Shown: piece by piece, positions 22,069-34,800 of the stretch
Layout of the letters: every line of letters begins with the position of its first letter
Numbering within the stretch: position 1 is the first letter of the stretch
Assembly: GCA_037447605.1 (NCBI GenBank)
Contig: CM074806.1
Coordinates: 1,550,001-1,614,000 of the forward strand
DNA: 64,000 nucleotides
From: Zygnema circumcarinatum SAG 698-1b
Taxonomy: Eukaryota; Plantae; Zygnematophyceae
Direction of reading: 5' to 3'
Notes under the pieces: model-generated
What the model was told of the DNA's origin: nothing
What the model saw: only the letters and a program-made list of their open reading frames with translations
The model's database searches: none
Translations under genes and position numbers: made by a program

Positions 22069-23257
22069 GCTGTTGAACTCCGTTTCTTTTAGGCAATTAA
22101 CTCTGTGAGAGAACGATATAGGGAAGACCGCCACTACCGTGCGCGGACGGCTGGTCCAATGGATGAGGATGCCCTTCGTTCTGACCAAATGTCAGTGAGA
22201 CCAACCAGAGGTTAGCAGATCGCGTGTTGAACCTTGCAAAGGTTCTTGCTATCTTTACTTTTGATGATGTGTGTATTCATGGCCAGGCTTGGGAAGAGCA
22301 TCTGCAACACAAATGATCAAGTACTGCAGGCAATCCATCTTATGTTTGCGCCAAAACTTCTCTAAACTGAAGTCATTTTTTTGACTCTTGGTTCTTTTTT
22401 TCCTGCAGTTCATCAAAGGATACGCACAGATGGCCACATCGTCGCAGCACTTGGAAAAGTATGGAGTGGGAGTCATCTGGGGAATTCGATGCGGACTGGA
22501 GCACCACAGGCATGGGGGGCACCGCGCATGACGGCGAGCATCCGGTCTGCTTACAATCATTATGATCATATGACATGAGTTCCATCAACATGTATTCATT
22601 ACATCGTGATAGCCAGAAATGTGTTGTATAATTAAGAAAATAGGATCTTAAAACTATTGTGTTTCGGTCCTTTGTGACCAGTCCTTCGTGGTTCCACATT
22701 TTGCCTTTGTCCACGTACATTTGATGGCCTCGCCATCGCGAGTTCAATGAAAGTTTCCCCTGTGCTTAAAACACATGGAAAGCGTTATTGTTCTAAAAAC
22801 CTTTTTTGCTTGCACTGTTTGCGAGACTTTTTGTTTCACATCCAAAACTATTTGATCTTATCTAATGAACGAAACTTTTGATGAAAATAGACAGTTATTT
22901 CTTTTTCTCACCAAGTCCACCATTCAATGCCAGTTCCACGTTCACCATAAAGAAAGAAGTAACATAAAACAGTCAATGGTGGCCACAAACCCTAAAAATA
23001 CATTTATTTACACAATCTGCAGACTTCGTCCTGACACCCCCGGAGAGATTCTCAGCTTCATATTTGGGACAGACGGGCATAGGATGCTGCATCATCCTCC
23101 TCACTTCCAACGCAAAGCCTTTTGAGAAGAGTCGCTCAGGATTCAAAACAAGCAGCGGTATATAGCTCCAGTATGAATATCATCTCCTTCACCAGTTGAA
23201 ACAGGTGCACACCACTTCAAGCTAAAGTATGTCATTATCATTTTTAAGGGTAGAGAG

Positions 23258-26200
23258 TTACGTCAGCCCAGCACTCCACCAGCGAGGGTTTAGCCAACCC
23301 TTCTCCACACTCCTTTGAAAGGTCCAAGGGTCCCACCCCTGGCCATGCTTGAAGGACCAAAAGAAGAACCCTGCAGATGATGAGAGGTAGGTCTCAACCT
23401 GCGCTTGGGCAAACTCACTGTATATGTTGTCGTCAGTCTTACAATTCAGCGCCAAGGACCATTCTCCTGCAGCCCGAGGAACATGGTGCACATTTAATCC
23501 AATCAGTTCGAGCCAACCACGTGAGCATTGCAAAAAGTAGGAGCACGGGGCAGCCTGACTATCTGTTTTCGAAAGTGGTGATTTGATCTTCCTTCAAACA
23601 ATTTTGGGGTCTTTGCGAGTGTCTCATGTGGGGTTGCATGTCACACAGCAGCACAATTAAGAACTGTGCTTAAAACGGCGGAAAGAGCATCCAACTCACC
23701 AATAAAGACAAGGCGCGTGCCCCGTTCCAACTGCTTGAGTGCGTCTCTGCGTTGCTTTCGTGGATACTTGAGATTAAACTCCACGGACTTACCTCCAAAA
23801 GTATTGGTGTCATGCACCTGATACCAATGTGCATCAAACACTACATTTGTGTGCTCTGGCCCTGGTCCATTCAACCCACATGCTGCTATCAGATTAATGC
23901 CATTATCAGAGAGACACATATCCGTTTTTGAAGCAAAACATGCAGTCACAAGTTTCAGAGACGGGCTTCTACGGCTCAGTGAGACTTTCGCCCACTTCAT
24001 GAGTACAACTCACCGATCATAAAGTTATCCCATTCGCGCTCTGAGGCAAAAATGCGACTTCCAATGATGAAATAGGCAGTGGGTGATCTCTGTCGCAGAA
24101 TGTTATAACAATCTTTGTAGTACTGTGCGAGATCATCAAAGGATATACCACTGACAGTGGGCTCATTGATTGGTTCAAGCCCTGAAAAGTTGGCGTGACC
24201 TCCATACCTGCAAACCGATTCCCTTGCATTGCTTCAAAGTGGGAATAGTCACTTGGAATCAAAAACCTTGTGTTTCTTTTTTAGCAGCCCCATCAATGAG
24301 GTAAACCCTGCAGTACCTACAACAGCAGTCATAGGGCTGAAACACTTCTGCTAAATCACAAATTGAAGCGAAGAAGAAGTTTTGCACTGCATGAAGCTCT
24401 TCTTTCGTGATTCTGCCACGTCGACATTCTCCATGACGTTTGTACGCAATGCCCACAACAGAAAATATGAATCAACAACCTCTTTACACCAAGTCGGCAC
24501 TTCCACTTAACCTGAAAGCATTGATTTTCGTACTGAACAGCTACAGGATGCTGACAGTACTCCAAGCGAGCATCTTTGGTGGACCTAAAACCAAATACAC
24601 CACTGAACCTGCTCTTGCGGCTGCGGGCACACCCCTACCTCGCCACAAGGAAGTCAATGACCTGCACTGTGCGCCCAACGTGGCGGGTCCACTCCGCGAC
24701 CCCGTCCCGGCTGGCGCTGTGCTCCCACCCGTTCTGCGAGCCCGGGGCCGCGTGCAGGCACACCACCACGCGCAGACCGTGGCTGTGCGCCCACGCGAAG
24801 GCCTGCGTAGGGGCACACTCTTCGCTCACAGGTCAGAAATGCAGCGAGGGCTGCCATGCCTCCTCCTCCGCGACATGCATCAGCCATGGCAGGTCACGCA
24901 TACAAACAGGACAGCAAGCCGCCATGGCGAGAACCTCACCACTTTCCCTAACGGCTATCTTGCAAAAATGTAATCTGCCAGTCTCTGTTCATTGCCGGAC
25001 TTTCCCTTGTGCAGTGACAAATTTGAGCATTCACAAAGCTCACCCACATTTTGACAAGACTTCATGGGGCCATTTCTATGTGAAAGGGATGAACCTGGTC
25101 GAGGCATTCCAGGGTCCCTTCTATAAAGGGGGGTTCAGGGTGCGAGCCCTCCGCTATCCAATAGCCGACGGGTACGCGCACAGCGTTCACTCCGCGAGCC
25201 GCCAGCCATTGGAAGTCGGTTTCAGTGACCCACTCGCTCCTGTGTGCGCTTACCCTCCGCCTGCTCTCCTCCGGGCCAAGACCTGCATGCAGCTGATATT
25301 CTCCTCCCATGTTTGCCTCCACCTTCATCTCAAAAGTGCAGCTGCTGCTCCATCCTGGGGCATCTTCTCTACATTCACATCGGCGAGCAAGCACAGGGCA
25401 GCTCTTAGAAGGTGGGAAGCATGCGAGTCATGAGACAGAGAAAGGAGCAATAGATAACGATCTTAGGCAAGTTACCGATCGCATTAACATTGTTGCAGAG
25501 GGTAGAGTTTGTAATGCTACTCGCTATGCATGAGCTGCAATCTCGAGGAAATGCATATAAGGTGGTTGAGCTCATACTCAACATCAGCATAAAGCTTTCC
25601 ACCCACTGCCACTCGCACCCATTTGCCGTTGCAAGCTCGGAGCTGAATTTTGTTGTCTTTACCCATCTGTCTCCGAATCCCAAACGTTTCCCTTTGCCCT
25701 CCCTCCATCCTGAAATTCACAGAAAAAGCTTCTAGTTTATTAAACCCTGCACAACAGACTGCAGTCATAGGTAACTTCATAGCCCTTCTCTGTAGCGCCA
25801 TAACTCAATAGTCTGCTTTTCGAGAATCAAGTTAATACATACCACATCGCAATTTTTGTCCATTAACGAAGTACAATTTCGAGTACTGTACCTGTTGGCT
25901 AGAAGTTCTCCTGAACTGTGGCCAACACTCCAATAGTGACCGCTGCCTGCACGTATCTGCAAGCTTCCATTGGGAGTGCGCCGAAAAAAGAAGTTTTCCC
26001 ACCCACTGGGCGACCCTCTATTAGCATTCAGCTGGTCGCCCCCTCCCCCTTCAGCACACACCCATCTGCCCTCCGACAATGAGCTTAAAGAAACTTTTGT
26101 CCCATCAAGCAAGTCCTGCACAATGGTCCAAACCAAATCCCAAACTGGAGCAGAGGTCAGAGATCTTGAAGGAGGGATACCATGAAAAAGAATAACACAC

Positions 26201-27548
26201 AATTTCAGTACTGTCTGCTTCTAATGACAATCTGTGCTTAAGGGAGGCAAAGCAAAGCACTAATGTTTGTCATGTATTCCATCATGCAAGTTGCAAATGA
26301 GGAACAGCATGCATGGAGGCATTGAACATGAGAATAAGCCTTGACTTCTGTTAACAACTTGACAGAATTCAGCACTGCCCCACACTCACCTTGTGAACAC
26401 CATCAAAGAGATGTTTTGGACACATCCAGCTCTCTGCGACCAACCAGCCTCCCAAATTGACTCCCACAAATTTTGGCACCGTTGAGACCGTTCGGATACT
26501 GAAAAGCTCCCAACTGGTGGGGGCCTTCATGTGCAGCCGCAGAGTGCCATTATCCCATGCTCGCAGATAGTACGAATTGCTTACTGACTGCATGCATACC
26601 TCCCACCATGTAACACACAGCTGAGAAAATCGCTTTGTAAATGTGAAGCCTTTTTGCCCCTTCGCTTTACAAATGGTATGATTCTGGACTATGCTGCCCT
26701 TCAATCTCTGAATAATATCTCTACTCAGACCGTCCAATTCAAGTGCGATGCCTCACCCAAATCGTAAACTTCTTGTTCGGTTTTTTCTCCACTCTGAACA
26801 TGCATTCTGTCGGAATATCCGTTCCAGAGGCTTCCCCACTCGCAGTAACAGTTGCATCTGCATGAGCTGCCAACAGTTTGCCGTTTGGGCCTCTGAACGC
26901 AACTTGGAAGCTTTCTGCGTCATCGCTGCCTCCCCAGAGGGCACGGGCTGCCCTATGCATGAAGCTGAATTCGTCCAAGGTCCACGGGTCAGATCTTCTA
27001 TTATTCAAGTTCAATGACTTGGCCTGACAATTGCATTTAGAAAGCTCATACGTCACATTCAGATGTTTCTACACTACATGTGGGTCAGCAGATTCTCTCT
27101 GCCACATGAGGTAGAGTACCCAAGATCGAGGGGAATCAGATAGCATGAATGTCGACTTCGCATTCTTGGGCATCTGGTTCAAGTTACTCCTCAAATTGCT
27201 TAGTATTGCCGGCCTCGTTTATGACATTTTGCAGTCTGACACTCTTCCAAGCTCGGACTAACACCCACTTACAAAGTGTAACTCATCGTCCAACAGTCTG
27301 CCTATTCTTGGAAACATGAGTACTCGACATGGCTACTAAGAAAAAAGGCTCCCCTAAAGATTCATTCGCAATTAGAGCTTTACCTTGAGCCGGCTGCAGC
27401 ATCGGCCCGCACAATGAGCAGCAAATTGTGGGAGTCAGGAACATCCTTGTTGTGCAGGACAGGTTGAGACCAATCCTTATTCGGGACTCCCAAGTACGTC
27501 CAGTGAAACGTGTTTATCTGCACAGCCGTACCATCTGGACAACGACCT
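23258..27548 (-). CDS. Glycoside hydrolase family 5 (exo-1,3-beta-glucanase type) with an internal fascin-like insert and an extra N-terminal fascin-like region; true start unresolved
   Basis: VGVNLGGWLVAESWM, AVRVPVGYW, CLHAAPGSQNGWEHS, LEPINEP (acid/base Glu), FIGEWSLA (nucleophile Glu), GFFFWSFK. Fascin-like exons read DLLDGTKVSL...SGWENFFFR. Upstream exons 27548-27383 and 26997-26757 join in phase. Confidence 0.9.
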
Positions 27549-27940
27549 TCAAGTCAGAAGCTGCTTGGGACTCCGATAACACCTCGTACTAGAGAAGACT
27601 ATCAAGGGGGGCATTTCTCTCACTCTAAGAATTTGAGATGACGTGTGAAGTGCTGTCACTCATAGGGATGGACCTTATGGGTCTTAAACTTGATGTTGTC
27701 AGGCACATGAAAAGTAGCCATCCAGTTCCTAATGTGAGTCTGAGAAGACGTTTCTCTATAGATGCAAAGCAAGTCTGTCCTCCAACCTGGGAAGACTTGT
27801 GTTAGCAGCTCCATGTACGCAGGTTTTCATAGTGGAATGGAATATTTAAGCATTCATCCTGACTCGTCAAACTTCGCCAGGACCACCACGACTACCTGGA
27901 GTTGTGTGCTCCCAAGGTTGGAAAATACAATGCCTTAACC

Positions 27941-28150
27941 TGGGACGGATCCAGGATTACAGTTTAGGGGGGGCTGACCAGCGAGTTGGGAACAAAAAAT
28001 CTGAAATTTCTAGTGTCTAATCGCAGTCGATGCGCACCGACTTTGATATTGTTAAGTCAACGATAAAGGCGATCAGTGGCTAACAGCTTTGGCCTTCAAT
28101 TTCTGAGGGGGGCTAAGCCCCCCCCAGCCCCCCTCGTGGGTCCAGGCCCT
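27941..28150. mobile_element. Degenerate hAT-like MITE of about 210 bp
   Basis: Left end GGGACGGATCCAGG...AGGGGGGGCT; right end GGGGGGCTAAGCCCCCC...GGGTCCAGGCCCT. This resembles plant CAGGGGCGGATCC-type hAT MITEs. TIRs are imperfect and the TSD is not clean. Confidence 0.4.
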
Positions 28151-30275
28151 AATGCCTACGCTTAATTGCAGTAAGTGGTCAAGCCTTCGCCATGCTTCGA
28201 CAACTATTTAGGCAGTTGCGCTCCTGGAAATTTTCATCGAATGAAGAATTGGTCGAATGTACAAGAAAAAAATCTTAATAAAAAGGTGAATAAAACGAAG
28301 GCATAGACTTTGCAGCTGCAAGGACAGCAGAGGACGTCTTTAGCAATAGATAGGTACATGCGCTTGCGGTGCAGCAATGGTTGTGGTTTTGTCGATTGAA
28401 AGCGCGATAAGCTCACATCACTGCCACTTGCACGGTCACGCAGAGATGAAGGCCCTTTGGGGTCAAAGTGTTGACCTCAGAACAAACGTACGGGGATTTT
28501 TTTACTCAACTCTGCTAAAGGAAAGAAGCAATGCCCAAAAGTGAAGGTATTCACTTTTTCGTGTCAATTGCAACCTTCAGGACGACTTGGAGCTGAGCCG
28601 AGTTGCCAATCATGTCATAACCTTGCTGAATATAGCGTCAAGCATCTACGGCCGAGTTTCAGTGCGTCTCAACACAATATTTCAGTACATTAAAGAGGGA
28701 CCTTGGTTCACAGACTCTACATGAGCAAAACGTGTTTTCCCGCTTGTACCCTCTGTCAGAAACGATTGATACATATTACTTACTTTAACTTTTTGAACGT
28801 GCTGAGCAGTCCAACAGAAGCAGAAGTTCTTCGCAGGACAGAAACAACAGCGTGGCTCATCCCTGTGACTATGTTCAACATCCGACCCTCGTGGGCGATA
28901 CGACAAACAGATGACTATGTCCGAGGCATAGAAGATATATGCCTCGAAACCATATGTGTAGAAGTTATTGAGTGCGCCAGTGTAAGAGTCGCTGAAATCA
29001 GAATTATGGATGGCCGGTTGGACAAAAACGTGTCTCAAATCAGTTGCTGCCAAGCAGATAGTTTGAGAACGTTATCCGCATTGTATCTTAGTCCACACGA
29101 TGCTTATGGCCTCAAATCGATATAATTAGAAAGGGATCGGACAGGTGACGAACGTCAGAGGAATGAACGGAAAAGAAGCCAGCAACGTAGACGTTGTAAC
29201 CAAAAATCACTTCAGAAATCACATAATTCGCGCGCTGGATTTCACACAGCCAGAATGCAGCATGTCGTTCACATTAAACGCAGGTCTAGCCGAGAAAGCC
29301 GCTTCGTTCTCCCCTCGCTGCGCAGAGAAACGGTGGCAGCACCGCGTGAAGAGAGGGACAGTGCAGCCGGGAGGGGAGGCGCATGCCTGCGAAGGTGTCG
29401 CAGTCCCACACGCAGGGCATCGTCATGCCGCCTCCTGCCGCCATGGCCTTCTCCTCCCTCATTCTCCTCTACCATGCCCCGCCCCCACCGGGCCATCCCA
29501 TGGACCCATCCCATGGTCCCATCCCATCCTATCCGGCCATGGCCGCATGGCCCGCATGCGCATGGACCGCTTGGACCCATGCCCATGCCATGCGGCCGCT
29601 GTTGTCCGCGTGCTATCTATCCTTCAGTCGCATGTTCCTCGTCTTGGTGCATGCACAATGTTGTGGTTGTTGCGATCGCCACAACTGTGGAACATCATGG
29701 CATCATGTTACACAAGAGCGGGAGAACATGCGCAAGGAAGCACACACAGCAAGTCTAACAACGCGCGCCCCCTCCCCCCCATCCTCGCCTTTGCCAGGAA
29801 CAAAAGTGATCGCAACAAGGAACCCTTTCCTTTTTTTTTGTGAAACTTGCAACTCATGCTCCGCGAGGTCCACGTCCAGGTCTTGGGGGGGCCCTCGGGC
29901 ACCGAAACCTGAAAAACCAAATTGAAAATATTTTTTTCATTTTTATTTTAAATTTTCAAAAGGCGATGTTCCCCCCCTCCCCCTCGCATTGGCGGAGAGC
30001 GGCGACTTCGGATCGAAACGGCGCGATTGGAACCGTCGATCGGCAGCAATCGGCGGGCGGGGCGATGGCCTGTGAGGGCTCCCGTGCCGTCCCGGCCGGA
30101 GCCGAAGGGAGGGCCTATAAACTGGGCGGCCCTCGGAGCGCAAGAAGAGGTCGGAGGGGAAGGTTGTAACCACATTGCAGTCAGACTCTTCGACTGTTTG
30201 TGTACTCGTATTCAAGGGGATAACGGCAACCAAAGCATCGTTGGGAGCTGAGATTGCGGTATCTGTTCGGGAATC

Positions 30276-31207
30276 ATGAGCGGAAGGGGCAGGGCCAAGG
30301 GTGCAAAGGCCGTTTCAAGGTCGCAAAAAGCAGGTTTACAGTTTCCTGTTGGTAGAATTGCTCGTTTTTTGAAGGCTGGGAAATATGCGACGCGTGTTGG
30401 AGCGGGGGCGCCTGTGTATCTTGCTGCGGTCATGGAGTACCTGGCTGCAGAGGTATTCGCCTTTTTCAACTCCTTTCGAGTTATTATCTTGTAAATAAAT
30501 TTGTTGAACGTTTGCATGATAAAATTGTATCCTCCTTTCTCGCTGCACTTGGAGGATGGGGTTTTTATATTGTACTTCCGAAGTTGTGAGAATACCTCGC
30601 TGCTGAGGTGAAATTCGCTTTTCTTCCATTCAGGAACGACGTGGCTAAATCTGGCTTTATTGATCGCATTTTTTGCTTCGTCCCGCTTTTTATTTTTCAT
30701 TTGAAACCTCTCATGCCTACTCCTTCAATTTCATGTTTACAGTGATAGCTTTTTCATTGCTAATTTGAGTATCCATTTCTGCCAGGTGCTTGAGCTGGCA
30801 GGTAATGCTGCTCGCGACAACAAGAAAACCAGAATAGTCCCGCGGCATATTCAATTGGCTGTTAGAAATGACGAAGAGTTGAGCAAGCTACTCGGTGCAG
30901 TTACAATTGCAGCTGGTGGAGTACTGGTAAGGCTTTGTAGAACCCTGGCCAACTCTGCGTGTGGATGTTGCTCTTTTAGGACGGCTAGGGAATGCCTGTG
31001 CCAACCTAATTTAGCACAGTGCGCTGCACCATTGTTCTAGTCTCGATTGCACCAAGCCCGTCTGTTCTGTCACAAGTTGTGAGTAGGCTCGGTGCTGATG
31101 TCCTGTTCGTAACTGTGCTTTTCTTGCAGCCAAACATTCACTCAGTGTTGCTTCCGAAGAAGTCTGGTGGCGCTGGAGAGAAGGGCTCGGCTTCCCAAGA
31201 GTTTTGA
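30276..31207 (+). CDS. H2AX: Histone H2A.X
   Basis: Exons 30276-30452, 30786-30926 and 31130-31207. Canonical H2A core ([14 protein letters not shown]...[14 protein letters not shown]...GGVLPNIH) and a C-terminal SQEF motif. Confidence 0.97.
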
Positions 31208-31830
31208 GAAAAAAAAACGAAATTAGGACGTAGATGCGGCAACCCCTTGTACAGAAAGATGTTACTGCACGACTAGTGCTTTGGCTAATAAAAGAGCTGT
31301 CACCTTTTATGTAGATGTCTTCAACAAATGCAGCAGTCGCTCGGAGGCTTGTATTCAGTTAAGATTCATGGATTCCCCACACTTAAAAGTAAAACCCCGA
31401 GTTCTGAATGTTATCCAATTGCAAGGTTTTGTTTTGCGTCAAGCTTGTGGCAGGCCCCTTGTTCAAATGAGCTGCTATGTTGTGCTTGATGGAAGCCTTG
31501 TTGATAACTGGGACTGTTGAAAGTAGAGGGGCTGGAGTTGGGATCGCTCACATAAGAGTTGCCAAGGAGAGGCTCTGCTGCATTTGTTAATTGTTTTCGA
31601 CCGTGGCAAAAACTTTCAAAATCAATGGTCATTAGAATTTCTCATGCACACACATAAATGATAATGCTGACCTTTCTTATAGAGTACCACTGCTGGTCTC
31701 AAACAAAAGTGCCGTTAGAGTCACCTTTGAACTTGAACCGGGAATACAACCTATCAAACAAGGATAATAAACCGCTATCTCCATTGCATGTTCTTAGAGG
31801 AAAAAATATTGATTTTTTTTGTTCATGAGA

Positions 31831-34800
31831 TTACTGATGAAGTATGTGCACAGAAGGCAACAAGGCTTTTATAATTGTTGTATAACTAAGTTCCTCTACT
31901 ACTTTGTTGCCTCTGAGGTCAAGAATCTGCACACCTAGCCCTTGAAATCCTCTAAAAACCTCATATACATTTTCTTGATAATCCTTCCCCGTGGCAGTCA
32001 CCAAAGGCCAATCACCCATTGTTGATGGAGAAGAGTACCGCTGGTTATTATGGACGACGCTGCCTAGAAGGTTGTAACTGAGGTCGAGCGCCTGCATGTG
32101 TGGCAGCATGCCAAGAGGTGAAACGGCGCTGCCATGGGTGATGCAGTTGTGGCTCAAATTCAACGAGATCAGCTGCTGGAGACTCTCCAGACCTGTGAGT
32201 CAGAACTTCGTTGCTTCAGTCTTTCTTCGCTTCGTGGCCTTTTTTGCCCCTTCTCGTCAGTCTGTTTCAGATGCTAGAAGTGAAGGAGCAGCTTGCAGCT
32301 ATAATGAGGGACAATTGCACAAGAAAGAGTGGGAAAGCATTCGACTCACCGTGAGCTGATCGCAGTCGGTTATGGCTGAGGTCTAGCTGTCGCACCCAAA
32401 GCAAGCGATGCGCTCCCTCGAAGTATCCAAGATCCATATGGGACAAGCGGATCTGTCCATGTGAGAAGAGTTGGTTCTCAACCGCTCGCTTGTCTACATC
32501 CCCCAACTGTAAGCGCGCATGACTCCACCAGTGCTTTGCCAGGCTGCTGGAAGAGGCTAACACCTGTCATAGATTGAGCATGAAGAACTGGACAGTCAAT
32601 CAACGCGAAGTTTAAAAACAGACTTCCCTGGTCCTCCTCTCAAGAGTCCTGCACTGCAAACCCAAGAAAAAAAATCTTGCAGCGTTCAGAGGGTTTTCGC
32701 ATAGGAGTAATCTTGACCCCTTCCCCCACATTAGGCTACTGAAATCATAGTGGGATGCAGCACGGAGGTGTAATATAAACACCTGATGCAACCGCTGCCT
32801 GCTCTGCACGTCCTTGTAGTACTCCGCATGGCCGGGGTCGTCTTTTGCCAGCTGCTGATACAATTCAATGACCTCAATTTCGTCGTAGTGGCCATTGCAA
32901 GTGCTCAACGAATGCAGCAGCCTTGCCAAGGTAAGTTTTGGCCATTTCACACTGCAAAAACATGCGAAAGTTTAAAGAACATGGGAAAGTGAAGTCAACC
33001 CAGTCTCCTTCACCCAACCATCCCAATCTTCGTACATGCAGCTTCTGCCATGGAGTCTCTGTCAAGTGGTGAATGTTTGCAGGCGACTCTAAGTCCAGTT
33101 TGGACTCATCTACATGAAATCCTCGCGATTTCATTTGGGAACATCTTCCTGGCCTGTCAAATCATCTCAAATACCTACTCATGCCCCTCGCTGTGCCCGT
33201 TTTTTTCCTTGAGAGACCAATTTGTAAGGCCCCAGCTTCTCCTAATTTCGTACAGGAAACATCGACTCACCTCTCTGTCTCCTCCTCCAGCAGCTCACGA
33301 CACATGCCAACCTCCTCCTCCAACAGAACATGCCTCCATGTTGCTATGCTGTCCCCCGTCTTCACACTCTCGTTTCCACAGACCCCAATGGAGAATGAGG
33401 CCTTCGCATCTGGAGGGAGCTCTCCACCGCTTCCTGCTCTTTCACTAGTCTTCTCCTCCGTTTCCGTTTTCGATGTTAATAAAGCGGCAAGCGTGCTCTC
33501 CTTATCACTCCGCCTCGTAAGGACACTGAATTGCACTTGAGTGCTACCTTGCAGAGGGACTCCAGACAGCGATATGACTCCTGGGCAGCAGCCCACCTTC
33601 AACGAGACTGCGTAACCATTTTCACTGTTAAAACCAGCATCTGATGCCTTATCTGCTCCTACCTCAACTACTCTCACCCAGCTCCTGCTTCCCTCTCCAC
33701 ATTCTAGTGGCCTCCAACTGTTAACAGTTGCTGCACAGTCTGACCTTCCTTCCCTCTCAACAGTGTCTTGCACTCCCTCAACTATTAAGGCTGCAGTGTC
33801 ATCCCCTACTCCCATCACTCGTTCACTAAAAAGTAGGACAGTATGAAGCCGGCCGTCCTGCGCGTCTACACATATTCCTTCTGATGGCCAGGTGGCAATC
33901 AAAGAAGGTTTGACTTCTGGCACAGTATGTCCTAACAGCCATTGATAATACATGAATCCACTTTGATCATCTGGTGCAGTCCAGAGTGCCTGCCTCACAA
34001 GCTCATACTCCTCCTTGACCACAATAGGATCGAGTGCTGCTTCTGCCCCCTCCTTCCTCTCCTTGGCTCTGTGAATGGCCATCAACAGCTGGCTGCATCA
34101 AACAACATGGCCATCACCGCATTAACTTGCCATTTCGCCACATGCAATGTCAACACAGGGCCATATTCATGAGTTAAGGAAGGAAAAATTGGCTCACCTG
34201 CGGACATGCCAAGCAGAATAATTGCGAGGATCTTCGTTGATCTTCTCCATGCTATATTGTAGCTCCGCCTCTGGGCCCTGCCCACTTGTTTGAACAGCAA
34301 ACCTGCACCAAAAATACAATCCATCCAATTTAAAACAGCGAGAATGCTTTCCTTGAGTACCGTTTGTGTACAGAACAAACTAGATTGGCTGCCCATGCAA
34401 TGGACTCGCAATAGGACACATCTAAGCTGGTTTTTGCTGCTTCTCTTGAGAACGAATCTCATCCTCAGCAACATCTTAGGAGAGGCCCAAAACATGGTGA
34501 CACTCACAGTCAGTGTGCGACACCTGCCAGTGTGTACAACCCCAACACAAGTACTCTGCTAAAGGACAGCATGCTTAGAAGATTGGCTGCTCCACATTCA
34601 AAACATGCATATACCTTAAACCTTGAAACGTAACTTAATTTGCGTGAAACCCTCCTGACTTACCTGCGATAATCCCAGCCATGGAAATTCCGGTTGTCCA
34701 AACCCAGCAACATAGCAAGCAGCTCAAACTCGCGTTTCATGGGTGCAAGCCCTTGCGCAGCGATCCACTTGCGGTGATGCCAGGCTCCATAGGACTTCGG

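Noticed and set aside
22255-22750. Short ORFs and an acceptor-like site between RSH and GH5
   Set aside because: No consistent exon chain or recognisable product.
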